Source of the DNA: a virus
Virus record (IMG/VR): IMGVR_UViG_3300030329_003470
Span: 96,001 to 160,000 of that record
DNA length: 64,000 bases
Strand: one strand, 5' to 3'
In this document: positions 1 to 10,365 of the stretch, piece by piece
Position numbering within the stretch: the first letter of the stretch is position 1
Layout of the letters: each line of letters begins with the position of its first letter
Made by a program: the position numbers and the translations under genes
The notes under the pieces: model-generated
What the model saw: only the letters and a program-made list of their open reading frames with translations
Told to the model about the DNA's origin: nothing
Database searches by the model: none

Positions 1-2
1 GT

Positions 3-3000
3 GAAGGAGATAAATCTTATCGTCCTGGAACACAAATAGAAACACGTTGGTGGGATTCATTAATAGGAAAAAACTCTACAGGCGATACTGTACCAGATTT
101 AGATCTACCAGTAAACGAAAGGTATGGAAACAACATACGTCCAAGACAAACGTGGTATGTAGATAGATATGCCGCACTTAAAGAAATTATAGATTATGCA
201 AATTCTATATTAAAGAAAAATCAATTAGTTGGAACATTTAGTTTAGATAATTTAGATTCTAATGATCCTGAACCAACAGCGGAAAGTTTAGAATGGGACG
301 CATCTGTAGATACATATGCAGACTTAACTTATATTAATACACAAGACTTGTCAGGCACAGTAAAATATCTTGTAAAAGCAGACGAAAATGCTAATAATTA
401 TTGGGCAATATACACGTGGGACGGATCCGTTTGGTCAAGAACAAAAATTCAAACTTTTAATACTTCTAATTACTGGAGTTACACAGATTGGTATGATATA
501 AGTGGTGATTCAGGACACATACATAGTGAAAATACAAAAATTGATAAGCAGGTTACGTATGAATATGAATTAGATCAATTATTAGATTTAGAGAACGGAA
601 AACACGTTAAAGTTACATCTGCAGACACAGGTGGATGGAAATTGTTTATGAGAACAGTATCAGGTGACGAAGACTGGGAAAATGTTGGAACAGAAAACGG
701 AACTATAAAATTATCAACTAAACTTTATGATTATTCTCAAGACGCAACAGGATACGCAGGTGCAGATAATTTTGATGATAACTTCTTTGATCAAGAACCA
801 TCACAAGAAACAAGACATATTTTAACTGCTTTAAGAGATGATTTATTCATAAACGATTTAGCATTAGAATATAATACTTTATTTTTTACAGGTTTAAGAA
901 AAGTTTTAGAAGAACAAACATATGTTGATTGGATGTTTAAAACTTCATTTATAAATGTTACAAACTCTGTTAGACAACTAGATCAGAGAAAAACTTATAC
1001 AACTGGTACAGACGCATGGATAGAAAGTTATATTAATGAAGTTAAACCGTTCCATTCAAAATTAAGAGAGTACAAATTAGGATATCAAAGTACAGATACA
1101 CAAGATGGAATGAATACAGATTTTGATAGTCCACCTTTCTATGATGCTACTGATGGTAAAATTAGAAATCTAAATGTAACAAAAGATTCTGATAAACTTA
1201 CAGAATATCCTTGGCAGATGTGGAATGACTATCATAAAAAATATGTTTCATCTATTACATTATTAGCAGGAGGTTCAGGATATACAGAAGCACCAACAGT
1301 AACAATATTAGGTGGAACTGTTAATAGCACAGGACCGTTCCAAATACAAGGAACAAGTGCATCAGGAACAACTTCTGGAAGTTATGGATATTATTATCCA
1401 TTGTTTACAAGTGAGTCTCAAGCAAATGTATGGGACACACAAAACAATGGCGGTTCAGGTGCTTCAACAAAATACACATTTGATGAGTATGCAGGAGATT
1501 TTTATATGCCTAACGGTACTTCAAACACTGCACAAACTACACAATCTGGTGCTTATAAAATGTATACAACACCAAATACAGATGCGGCAACAGCCACGGC
1601 AACTGTTAGGAATGGTGAAGTTACAAAAGTTACACTAGTAACCAAAGGAAGAAATTACACAGCAACTCCAACAGTGGTTTTCACAGGCGGAACAGCATCA
1701 GGTACAAATCCAACTACGGTAGCAAAAGCATATGCAAACTTAAACAACGACCTTGTTAGAGATCTTGATGTTACAATGAAGTTTGATAGAATTAAATCTA
1801 CGCATGATGTTGTAGATTGGGCGGCATCTACTGCTTATGTGTATGGACAGTTAATTAGACACAATAACGAACTATACAAAACAACAAAAGCATATACATC
1901 AACTACTAAATTTAAAGAAGGTCTTAATAATCTTTATAAAGTTTATGGAGACGAAACAGGTTTAACAGCGTCAGACAGATTAAAAGGTTTCTATACACCA
2001 GGTACAGGAATGCCAGGCAATGAGTTAAATCAATTAATGCAAGGTGTTGATTATGGTGGAACAATGGTTACAGGATTGTTGTTCTCACAAGGACAAGGAT
2101 GGGATAAATCAGGATGGTATGATTTTCCTTGGGATAATTATGGTGCTTCAAATGTTGTATCATTTACAGCAGACGGTTCAACTAGCACTTATACTTTTGA
2201 CACAGCACCAGCAACAGGAAAAGTTTATCAAGTTTATGTTTCTGCAGATGACAGTACAAGATTAAAACTAGATGATATTATTAATGGTGATGGGTCAACA
2301 ACAGCATTTACTTTAACAACAACACCAGATGAAGGTGCTCTTGTAGAATTTATTCCATTTGATGACGATGGTGTATTAACACCAACTGATGACAGAACAA
2401 TAGATTCAATTATTAAAGGCGGTATGTTTGGTTCTGCTTTAGGTGTATCAGAAAGTGATATTTTATTAGAAGGTGATGAATTTGTAAGTCCAGATACAAG
2501 TTATGCACCAGAAGAAGCAATACCAGGACAGATATTTGACACATTAGATATTAAAGTTTATACATCTCCAGAATCAGGAGTTCCATTTATAACTGAAAAA
2601 AATCATAGAGTTGACGGATCTACACAAACATTTAGCATAGGTGACTATCCAGGAACTATTGCTTCAGTAACAGTTTCCATTGATGGAAAAATGAAAAAAA
2701 TTACAACAGATTACACAGTTGATATTACTAATAAAACAATTACTTTTAATACTGCACCAGCATTGTTCAGCATAGTGTCTACAAAAGTTTTTGCAATATC
2801 TGGAGAAAATTACAGAGTATTAGACCAGTATACTGGTGATGGTAGCACAGTTACATTTACTACAGGTACTAGTGACGATTTCCAATTAGATTCAACAGCA
2901 TCTGAAATTTATATTACAATAGACGGTGTGCCTACTACTTCTTTTTCAACTGCTAGTATTCAACAAAGATTACAAGTAACGTTTGATTCAGCACCAGCGG

Positions 3001-5273
3001 CAGACTCGTATATACAAATTGCAGGATTTAATAAATCAGCAACATCAACAAGAAGTTACGCAAGTATTAGAAATCAAGCAGTAACTTATGATGGTTCAAC
3101 AAACAGATATACTCTAACTTATCCACCAGGAGCAATTGGTCCATTCTCAGGATTAACAATAATTGAAGTTAATGGAAAAGTTTTAAGAGGACCAGACAAT
3201 ACTTACTACACAGGAGATGGCAGTACATATACATATGGAGTAACATCAGGAATGAACGATGACTCAACAGTTGATCCTGCAAAAACAGTTACAGCCGCTT
3301 CACAAGTTGAAGTTTATGTCAACGGAACGAAAAAAGATTTAAACACACACTACACAGTTGACGTAACAAATCAAAATGTTGAATTTAAAACAGATTCAGT
3401 TCCAACAGCAACAGATGTAATTTGTATTTCAACTTTAGTTGATAATCAATATTACAATGAAGGAACTGATATTATTTTAGATAAAGCACAGATTGATGCA
3501 GACTCAAGTACTTTAGGATACGCATTAGAGCAAAGTGATGTTATGTCAGTAACAACATTTAACAATGCATTTGGATCAAAAATTCGTAGAGAAGTTTTAG
3601 AAGGAAGAACTGAAAATGTCTTCAAATTAAGATTTGATGCTTTGAGTGGTGCTTACACTTATGTTTGGTTAAACGGAGATCAATTATTAGAAGGAACAGA
3701 TTTTACAATTAGTGGAAATACAATTACTGTAATTGGAAAAACAATAGTACAAGCAGATAGATTAGATGTAATGTATTTTGCTATAGACAGTGCTGTGAAT
3801 GCCACAGGATTTAGAATATTCAAAGATATGTTAAACAGAACTTTTTACAAACGTATTTCAAAAACTGCAACAACAACAATCAAAAATACTTTGGTTGCAG
3901 GTACCTCAGAAATTGAAGTTGTAGATGCAACTGTTTTAAGTACACCTAATGCGGCAAATAATATGCCAGGTGTAATTTTTATAGACAAAGAAAGAATAGA
4001 ATACTTTACATTATCAGGTAACACGTTAGGACAATTAAGACGTGGTACTTTAGGTACAGGAATTAAGGAGCATAGCGGTGGCACAGAAGTGGTAGATGCC
4101 AGCGGAACTCAAACTATCCCTTACGCAGATACAGTATACACCAACACTTTTACAAGTGATGGAAGTACGGCTGTATATGCTCTATCACAAGCACCGTCCT
4201 CAGCAAGTGAGTTAGACATATTCATTGGTGGCCAACGATTGTTGCTTACTAGCGAGGACGGTTCTACTATTAACTATTCTATCAACAACGATCAAATTAT
4301 TTCAACAGCAACTTTTGTAGACAGTTTTGATGTAAGTTCTCAAGATGGCGATGTAAGAGATGTGAAGTTTAATGCAGATGGAACTAAAATGTTTATGTTG
4401 GGTAGAGCCGATACCTCTGACGTTTATGAATATACATTAACAACAGCATTTGATGTTTCAACAGCATCATTCGTTGATGGTATAGATGTTGGTGTTGGCA
4501 CTTTAGGTGCATCTGGTTCACAAGGAGATAATTCAGCAAATAGTATAGAATTCAATACAGACGGAACTAAATTGTTTGTGTTAGGTCAAGGTAATGATCT
4601 TGTTAATGAATATGCATTGAGTACAGGATTTGATGTTTCAACGGCATCTTTTACGCAAAGTTTTGATATAAGTGCTCAAGAAAGTCTACCTTATGGTTTG
4701 GCATTTAATAATGACGGAACTAAAATGTTTATTTGTGGATGGTCAGGTGACGATATTAATGAATATGTATTAACAACAGGTTTTGATATTTCAACAGCAT
4801 CTTATTCTCAAAATTACAGTGTAGCGGCTCAAAACGCAAAACCATCAGCAGTACAATTTAATACTGACGGAACTAAAATGTATGTTTTGAGAGGAACTGG
4901 TGCTCCAGAAATACAAGAATATAGATTAACAACAGGATTTGATGTGTCAACAGCATCTTTTGTAAATAGTGATGCTGTGTTTGATGTTTCAAGCGAAGAA
5001 ACTAAACCAAGAGGTTTCTGTTTTAACAGTGATGGAACCAAATTATTTGTTTGCGGATATACTGGAGACGATATTAACGAATATACTTTAACTTCAACAG
5101 TTACTTTAACTACTCCTCCAGCGTCAGGAACACAGGTTAAAGTATTACATAAGAAAGGACAGGTGTGGTATACAGCAAAAGATGGTAATCCGTCAAACGG
5201 ATTAGGATTGCAGGCTTCTACTACTGCTCAGGCTAAATTCATAGCAGGCGAACCAACAAATGCACCTGAATAA
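3..5273 (+). CDS. Giant virion structural protein (baseplate wedge/hub-like), 5'-truncated by the window
   Basis: The frame is open from nt 3 (EGDKSYRPG...RWWD...), so the TTG at 348 is not the real start. It has repeated ~80-aa beta-sandwich modules (F/YTxDGSTxxF/Y...VxIDG), GGSGY...PTV motifs and an inserted propeller-like repeat. It lies just upstream of the fibre genes. Confidence 0.7.
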   Translation, partial: EGDKSYRPGTQIETRWWDSLIGKNSTGDTVPDLDLPVNERYGNNIRPRQTWYVDRYAALKEIIDYANSILKKNQLVGTFSLDNLDSNDPEPTAESLEWDASVDTYADLTYINTQDLSGTVKYLVKADENANNYWAIYTWDGSVWSRTKIQTFNTSNYWSYTDWYDISGDSGHIHSENTKIDKQVTYEYELDQLLDLENGKHVKVTSADTGGWKLFMRTVSGDEDWENVGTENGTIKLSTKLYDYSQDATGYAGADNFDDNFFDQEPSQETRHILTALRDDLFINDLALEYNTLFFTGLRKVLEEQTYVDWMFKTSFINVTNSVRQLDQRKTYTTGTDAWIESYINEVKPFHSKLREYKLGYQSTDTQDGMNTDFDSPPFYDATDGKIRNLNVTKDSDKLTEYPWQMWNDYHKKYVSSITLLAGGSGYTEAPTVTILGGTVNSTGPFQIQGTSASGTTSGSYGYYYPLFTSESQANVWDTQNNGGSGASTKYTFDEYAGDFYMPNGTSNTAQTTQSGAYKMYTTPNTDAATATATVRNGEVTKVTLVTKGRNYTATPTVVFTGGTASGTNPTTVAKAYANLNNDLVRDLDVTMKFDRIKSTHDVVDWAASTAYVYGQLIRHNNELYKTTKAYTSTTKFKEGLNNLYKVYGDETGLTASDRLKGFYTPGTGMPGNELNQLMQGVDYGGTMVTGLLFSQGQGWDKSGWYDFPWDNYGASNVVSFTADGSTSTYTFDTAPATGKVYQVYVSADDSTRLKLDDIINGDGSTTAFTLTTTPDEGALVEFIPFDDDGVLTPTDDRTIDSIIKGGMFGSALGVSESDILLEGDEFVSPDTSYAPEEAIPGQIFDTLDIKVYTSPESGVPFITEKNHRVDGSTQTFSIGDYPGTIASVTVSIDGKMKKITTDYTVDITNKTITFNTAPALFSIVSTKVFAISGENYRVLDQYTGDGSTVTFTTGTSDDFQLDSTASEIYITIDGVPTTSFSTASIQQRLQVTFDSAPAADSYIQIAGFNKSATSTRSYASIRNQAVTYDGSTNRYTLTYPPGAIGPFSGLTIIEVNGKVLRGPDNTYYTGDGSTYTYGVTSGMNDDSTVDPAKTVTAASQVEVYVNGTKKDLNTHYTVDVTNQNVEFKTDSVPTATDVICISTLVDNQYYNEGTDIILDKAQIDADSSTLGYALEQSDVMSVTTFNNAFGSKIRREVLEGRTENVFKLRFDALSGAYTYVWLNGDQLLEGTDFTISGNTITVIGKTIVQADRLDVMYFAIDSAVNATGFRIFKDMLNRTFYKRISKTATTTIKNTLVAGTSEIEVVDATVLSTPNAANNMPGVIFIDKERIEYFTLSGNTLGQLRRGTLGTGIKEHSGGTEVVDASGTQTIPYADTVYTNTFTSDGSTAVYALSQAPSSASELDIFIGGQRLLLTSEDGSTINYSINNDQIISTATFVDSFDVSSQDGDVRDVKFNADGTKMFMLGRADTSDVYEYTLTTAFDVSTASFVDGIDVGVGTLGASGSQGDNSANSIEFNTDGTKLFVLGQGNDLVNEYALSTGFDVSTASFTQSFDISAQESLPYGLAFNNDGTKMFICGWSGDDINEYVLTTGFDISTASYSQNYSVAAQNAKPSAVQFNTDGTKMYVLRGTGAPEIQEYRLTTGFDVSTASFVNSDAVFDVSSEETKPRGFCFNSDGTKLFVCGYTGDDINEYTLTSTVTLTTPPASGTQVKVLHKKGQVWYTAKDGNPSNGLGLQASTTAQAKFIAGEPTNAPE
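4290..5100 (+). repeat. Five tandem ~50-aa beta-propeller-like blades (FNxDGTK[ML]F...EYxL[ST]TGFD[VI]STAS)
   Basis: The repeats are visible in the protein and in the DNA (gacggaactaaa/gatggaactaaa, tttgatgtttcaac). Confidence 0.85.
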
Positions 5274-5276
5274 ATA
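5271..5276 (+). promoter_or_regulatory. T4-like late promoter core TAAATA, 6 nt before the ATG at 5283
   Basis: The sequence is gaaTAAATAcactagATG with no SD. The same arrangement recurs before other genes. Confidence 0.6.
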
Positions 5277-5282
5277 CACTAG

Positions 5283-6008
5283 ATGACAGAAGACAATAAA
5301 CAAAACGAGCATAAAGAAGAGACTAAAAAGCCACAAGATCACAGCGGAGTTATGATGGAAGGGCATATTAAAATCTGGGATCCAGAAACAGGTGAAGTAA
5401 TAGTAGATAAAAGAAACGCAATTCACTATGAAAATATGTCTCAGGCACTAGCGAATTCATTAGCAAACAAAACAACAGGTTTTGTACATGAAATGGCATT
5501 TGGTAATGGTGGAACATCTGTTGATCCAACAGGAATTATAACTTACCTAACGCCAAATTCAACAGGATCAAATGCAACATTATACAATCAAACATATTAT
5601 AAAGTAATTGATGATAATTCATCTACAAATAAAGACACAACTAGAAACAAAATGGAAGTAAGACACACAGCAGGTAACAAGTATACTGACATTGTTTGCA
5701 CTTGTACTTTAGATTATGGTGAACCAACAGGACAATCTGCATTTGATAACACAACAAATTTTAATGGCGATTATGTATTTGACGAATTAGGATTAAAAAG
5801 TTGGGAAGGAACAGAGAACGGTTCAACTAATAAATTGTTAACACACGTTATATTCCACCCAGTACAAAAATCATTAAACAGATTAATACAAATTGATTAT
5901 ACTTTAAGAATACAATCATTAACAACATTTACTGAAACAAGTTCAACTGCATTATCAACATCAAATACTGTAAGTGGATCAACTTCAGGAAGTAATACTG
6001 GATATTAA
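5283..6008 (+). CDS. Virion structural protein (baseplate/tail region)
   Basis: 241-aa Thr/Ser/Gly-rich ORF with KRNAIH and FDELGL motifs, sitting between the baseplate-like and fibre genes. Confidence 0.55.
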   Translation: MTEDNKQNEHKEETKKPQDHSGVMMEGHIKIWDPETGEVIVDKRNAIHYENMSQALANSLANKTTGFVHEMAFGNGGTSVDPTGIITYLTPNSTGSNATLYNQTYYKVIDDNSSTNKDTTRNKMEVRHTAGNKYTDIVCTCTLDYGEPTGQSAFDNTTNFNGDYVFDELGLKSWEGTENGSTNKLLTHVIFHPVQKSLNRLIQIDYTLRIQSLTTFTETSSTALSTSNTVSGSTSGSNTGY

Positions 6009-6011
6009 TAG

Positions 6012-7520
6012 ATGGCATACACAGTAAACAAAAGTAATAGTTCAGCATCGCCAAATGCTTACACAGTTCAAGATGGTGTAGTTAATACACAAACTGATTT
6101 AAGTTTTATTGGAAAAGGGTATGCAGGGTATGGAGAAAGTATTGCTGAAAATTTTTTACACATATTAGAAAACTTTTCAAACACATCAGCACCAACAAAA
6201 CCAATTACTGGACAACTTTGGTGGGATAGCACAAACAGTAAATTAAAAGTTTATAATGGTACATCATGGCTATCATCAGGTGGTAGTGCACCTTATCAAT
6301 CAGCAGAACCTTCAGGAATTTCACAAGGTGATATGTGGATTGATTCAGACACAGGACAATTATATTTCCATAATGGTACACAATCAATATTAGTAGGACC
6401 TCCAGCGGCAACTGGAACCACAAACGGATTTACATATGATTCTATATTAGATTCTACAGATGTAACGCAGAATATTACAAAATTATATAACGACGGAAAT
6501 TTAATTGCAATTATTTCTGAAGATACATTTACTCCAAAAACTTCAATATCAGGTTTTGCCACAATTAAAAAAGGTATTACTTTAACAACAGCAATATCAG
6601 ATACAAAATTTCAGGGTACTTCTACTGACTCAGATGCATTAGGCGGAGTTACCGCGGCCAACTATTTGAGATCAAATGCAAACGATACAACATCAGGTAC
6701 ATTAGGTGTTGTAACAGATTCAGGGATGACTGTTGGAGCAGACAACGACTTGTCTATTACAGTTGACTCAAGTGGTGCAATTATTTCAAATACAATATCA
6801 GATACAGATATTACGTTTAAAGTTAATGATGGTGGTACAACAACAACACTAATGACTTTAGATGGATCAGAAGCACGAATTGGAATTGGAACAACATCTC
6901 CAAGTACAAAAGTAGAAGTTTCAGGCACAGTAACAGCCACAGCATTCGCAGGTCCAATTACAGGAGCAGTTACAGGAAACGTTGCAGGTAACGTATCAAG
7001 TTCTGGTGCTAACACAATGGGCAGTTTGGTTTTAAGTGGAAATATAACAACACAAGATATTATTGCGGCCTCAGATGCAACATATGACATTGGATCTTCA
7101 AGTGCTGGATATAACACAGTTTACGCCAAAGCAACATCGGCTCAATATGCTGACTTGGCTGAGAAATATGAAACTGACTCTAACTATGACGTAGGTACAG
7201 TTGTTATATTTGGTGGAGAAAAAGAAGTTACACAATCAACAATATCTAATGATACTAGAGTGGCAGGAGTAATAAGTGAAGATCCTGCATACTTAATGAA
7301 TGATAAATCAGAAGGTCAAGCAATAGCACTTGTAGGAAAAGTTAAGTGTAAAGTACACGGTGTAGTATCAAAAGGTGATCTTTTGACTACTTGCGGAACA
7401 CATCCTGGCTGTGCCCAAAAGGCAATCAGTCCAGTTTTAGGTTCTGTAGTAGGAAAAGCAATGGAAAACAAAGAAGATGCTGGTGAAAGTGTCATTTTAA
7501 TAAGTGTAGGAAGGTTATAA
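6012..7520 (+). CDS. Tail/baseplate fibre paralogue 1 with C-terminal YADLAE (chaperone/autocleavage-like) domain
   Basis: N-terminus MAYTVNK...GKGYAGYGE...LENF...GQLWWD is shared with 7531 and 12236. The C-terminus SAQYADLAEKY...ALVG is shared with 12236. Confidence 0.7.
   Translation: MAYTVNKSNSSASPNAYTVQDGVVNTQTDLSFIGKGYAGYGESIAENFLHILENFSNTSAPTKPITGQLWWDSTNSKLKVYNGTSWLSSGGSAPYQSAEPSGISQGDMWIDSDTGQLYFHNGTQSILVGPPAATGTTNGFTYDSILDSTDVTQNITKLYNDGNLIAIISEDTFTPKTSISGFATIKKGITLTTAISDTKFQGTSTDSDALGGVTAANYLRSNANDTTSGTLGVVTDSGMTVGADNDLSITVDSSGAIISNTISDTDITFKVNDGGTTTTLMTLDGSEARIGIGTTSPSTKVEVSGTVTATAFAGPITGAVTGNVAGNVSSSGANTMGSLVLSGNITTQDIIAASDATYDIGSSSAGYNTVYAKATSAQYADLAEKYETDSNYDVGTVVIFGGEKEVTQSTISNDTRVAGVISEDPAYLMNDKSEGQAIALVGKVKCKVHGVVSKGDLLTTCGTHPGCAQKAISPVLGSVVGKAMENKEDAGESVILISVGRL
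7132..7159 (+). repeat. 28-bp perfect direct repeat, copy 1 (caacatcggctcaatatgctgacttggc)
   Basis: Identical to 13485-13512 and encodes TSAQYADLA. Confidence 0.9.
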
Positions 7521-7523
7521 ATA
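7516..7523 (+). promoter_or_regulatory. T4-like late promoter TATAAATA, 7 nt before the ATG at 7531
   Basis: Exact match to the T4 late consensus, upstream of a fibre gene. Confidence 0.7.
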
Positions 7524-7530
7524 TAGGTAT

Positions 7531-8925
7531 ATGGCGTACACAATTAACAAAACAGACGGAACAGTATTAGCAACAATTACAGACGGTACAATAGACACGT
7601 CTACAAGTTTAACACTTTTTGGAAAAAGTTATTCAGGGTTTGGTGAGGGTTTAAACGAGGACCTTGTAAAATTATTAGAGAATTCAGCAGGAACATCAAC
7701 ACCAACATCACCAATTAAAGGTGAATTATGGTTTGATGCAAACACAGGACAATTAAAAGTATACGACGGTACACAGTTTGAACCGGCAGGCGGAGCAAAA
7801 TCACAGTCAGCACAGCCAACATCAGCATCAGCAGGGGATTTATGGCATGACACAGATGATGATCAAGTTTACATTTATACTGGATCAGCATGGGTATTAA
7901 TTGGACCAGTTTATACTTCAGGACAAACATTATCAGGATGGAAAATAGAAACACTTGCTAGTTCAGGTGGTGACAAAGTTGTTTCATCAATGTATGCAGG
8001 CAATTCAAGAGTTTGTATATTATCAAAAGAAACATTTACACCATCAGTATCGCAAACAGGTTTTGCATCAATTAAAGCAGGATTAACTTTAAATTCTACT
8101 TTAGGTGCAGTGTTTGAAGGAACAAACACTCAAGCAACTTTCCTTGATGTAAGTTCAACAACTAACAGTTCAGCCAGTTTAATTGCAGGCGGAAATATGA
8201 TGAGAGCAGATGCGGCAGACACCACAACAGGTGCAATAACAATTGACGCAGATGGTGGTTTAATAGTTGGTGACGCACAAGAATTTTCAATAACAGTTTC
8301 AAGTAATCATGTTACATTAGCACAAACGTCTGAAGATAAAGACATGAGTTTTACAATTAATGATGGTGGAGCAACAGTTACACCATTGAAATTTACAGGC
8401 TCAACAGGAGCAGTTACTATTGTAGGAAACGTAGATATCACAGGAACATTGACAGTAAGTGGTGAATATGATGCAAAAAGTGTTAACATTAACACTTATG
8501 ATGATGCATTTATAAAACTTAACAACGGTAATTCAGAAACAGATTCAGGATTAATTGTTGAAACAGGCGATACTGATGATGCTAGAATTTTTTATGAAGT
8601 AGGCACAAACAGATGGATGGCAGGTGAAGGAGCAAATTATTCCAATATTATAAGATTATCAGACGCAACAACAAACGGGGCAACAAGTCAAGGTTCAGTT
8701 ATTAAAACTGATTCATCAGGTATATTCACAGTTGCAGGTATCGAAATGTCAGCAGTAGGATCTGCAATAGGAACAGGAGACACTGGTGATACTAGTGTAC
8801 CAACTATTGGTCAGGTAGCGACATTTGGAGAAAAATGGGGTGGTTCAGAGAAAACTGTTTCAACTTCAGACCCAACATCAGGTGACGGTGCAAACGGAGA
8901 CTTTTGGTTCGTAAGGGAGGCATAA
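7531..8925 (+). CDS. Tail/baseplate fibre paralogue 2
   Basis: Starts MAYTINKTDG...GKSYSGFGE...LLEN...GELWFD. It lacks the YADLAE domain and ends ...DPTSGDGANGDFWFVREA. Confidence 0.7.
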   Translation: MAYTINKTDGTVLATITDGTIDTSTSLTLFGKSYSGFGEGLNEDLVKLLENSAGTSTPTSPIKGELWFDANTGQLKVYDGTQFEPAGGAKSQSAQPTSASAGDLWHDTDDDQVYIYTGSAWVLIGPVYTSGQTLSGWKIETLASSGGDKVVSSMYAGNSRVCILSKETFTPSVSQTGFASIKAGLTLNSTLGAVFEGTNTQATFLDVSSTTNSSASLIAGGNMMRADAADTTTGAITIDADGGLIVGDAQEFSITVSSNHVTLAQTSEDKDMSFTINDGGATVTPLKFTGSTGAVTIVGNVDITGTLTVSGEYDAKSVNINTYDDAFIKLNNGNSETDSGLIVETGDTDDARIFYEVGTNRWMAGEGANYSNIIRLSDATTNGATSQGSVIKTDSSGIFTVAGIEMSAVGSAIGTGDTGDTSVPTIGQVATFGEKWGGSEKTVSTSDPTSGDGANGDFWFVREA

Positions 8926-8931
8926 TCCTTT

Positions 8932-10365
8932 ATGGTCGCAGTAGTCAAATCTTTCATTTATACAGGAACACTTCAAGAAGCAACGATTCCAGCAGGAACA
9001 ACGACAATCGATATGTACCTATGGGGCGGTGCTGGCGGTGGTGGCGGTGGTGACGCAGGTGGTCCAGGTGGTGGAGGTGCCGCAGGACACTTTGTAAAAA
9101 AAACAAGTTATGCTGTTACATCAAATATTGGCGACACAATTACTGTTGCAGTAGGTGGTGGTGGAGCAGGTGGCTCAGGTGGTAGCAGTGCACCGGGCGG
9201 AGGCAACGGAAAAAGTATTACAGAATATTCAGGCGGAACAGGTGGTACATCAGGTCCACGAGGTTCTTCAGGAGCAGGTGGAGGCGGTGGAGGAGCCTCA
9301 GTTATAAAAATAGGTTCAGAAGGTGCAATCGCAGTCGCAGGTGGCGGTGGCGGAGGTGCTGGAGCAGGAGTTGCCTCAAATGGATCAGGCGGTATAAATT
9401 CTAATTCAGCCACAGGTAATTCACCAGGCACATTAGGTGAAAATGGAAAAAGTCACTCTGGAGACGGTGGCGGTGGTGGTGCTGGAGGCGGAGGAGCCGA
9501 CGGCGGAAAATCAGGTAACGGTGGTTCCGGAGACAACGGAGGTACTGGAGGTTATGCTGGATCAAACACTGTACCATCAAGTGGATCAGCAGATGACGGT
9601 TCAGGTGTAACACCAGGAGGAACAGGCGAAAGTTATTATGCTTCAGGCGTAGCAGTTGGTGCCGGTGCAGGCGGTGTTGGAGGAAACGGAAAAGTAGTTG
9701 TAGTATTCAACATTGGTGTACAAGCAAATCATAAAGTAAGTGGCAATTGGAAAAGTATTAATGCTATGTATTACAAAGTATCAGGTGCTTGGAAACAGAT
9801 TACAGCAGGATATTACAAAGTATCAGGCACATGGAAAGCGTTATTCAATTCAGGAATTACATTTGTATCAAACTCAGCAGGGTTTGGAGATTCAGGCGGA
9901 AGTTCATCATCAGGTGGCGGCGGCTCTGGAGGCGGCGGTGGTTGTTTCATAGCCGGAACATTAGTTACTATGCTAGACGGTACAACTAAACCAGTAGAAC
10001 AAGTAGATATTGGAGACGAAGTACTAGTTGGTGGCAAAGTATTTGCAACAGGTAAGTTCTTAATTGATAATTTATATGATTACAAAGGCATACAAGTATC
10101 AGGTACACACATGGTTAAAGAAGATGGTAAATGGACTAGAGTTGAAAACAGCAAACATGGTATTTCATTAGGCAGTGATGATGCAATAGTTTATGTATTT
10201 GGATCTGAAAATAGAAGAATTATTATAAACGGAATAGAATTCACAGACTACTTTGAATTAAGTGAACAACAAGAATTAGTAAACCACGGCGAACAATTTT
10301 TTAGTAATTGGCAAGATCATGATAGACAGATACATGATAAAAATGTTAATATACTAAATGCTTGA
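8932..10365 (+). CDS. Glycine-rich fibre/spike-like protein with C-terminal Hint (Hedgehog/intein-like) domain
   Basis: Gly-rich body, three [HY]KVSGxWK repeats and a GS linker. GGGG|CFIAGTLVTMLDG starts at 9943, followed by SGTHMV and IIINGIEFTDY. Confidence 0.75.
   Translation: MVAVVKSFIYTGTLQEATIPAGTTTIDMYLWGGAGGGGGGDAGGPGGGGAAGHFVKKTSYAVTSNIGDTITVAVGGGGAGGSGGSSAPGGGNGKSITEYSGGTGGTSGPRGSSGAGGGGGGASVIKIGSEGAIAVAGGGGGGAGAGVASNGSGGINSNSATGNSPGTLGENGKSHSGDGGGGGAGGGGADGGKSGNGGSGDNGGTGGYAGSNTVPSSGSADDGSGVTPGGTGESYYASGVAVGAGAGGVGGNGKVVVVFNIGVQANHKVSGNWKSINAMYYKVSGAWKQITAGYYKVSGTWKALFNSGITFVSNSAGFGDSGGSSSSGGGGSGGGGGCFIAGTLVTMLDGTTKPVEQVDIGDEVLVGGKVFATGKFLIDNLYDYKGIQVSGTHMVKEDGKWTRVENSKHGISLGSDDAIVYVFGSENRRIIINGIEFTDYFELSEQQELVNHGEQFFSNWQDHDRQIHDKNVNILNA

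Noticed and set aside
348-350. TTG start of the 1641-aa ORF given in the track
   Set aside because: The frame is open back to nt 3 with protein-like sequence, so the gene starts upstream of the window.
4290-5100. CRISPR-like or non-coding tandem repeat
   Set aside because: The repeats are degenerate, in frame and encode protein blades, with no constant repeat-spacer structure.
8932-9700. Collagen-like Gly-X-Y repeat
   Set aside because: Gly occurs in runs (GGGGG, GGxGG), not in strict triplet periodicity.
9108-10037. Pro-rich antisense ORFs (9108-9431, 9813-10037) and the many other 60-150 aa opposite-strand or alternate-frame ORFs
   Set aside because: They are shadows of Gly-rich or stop-poor coding strands, lie fully inside well-supported genes, and have no SD or promoter support.
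9943-10365. Canonical intein or homing endonuclease
   Set aside because: There is no terminal His-Asn plus Cys/Ser/Thr, no LAGLIDADG or HNH motif, and the domain is C-terminal. It is treated as a non-splicing Hint domain.
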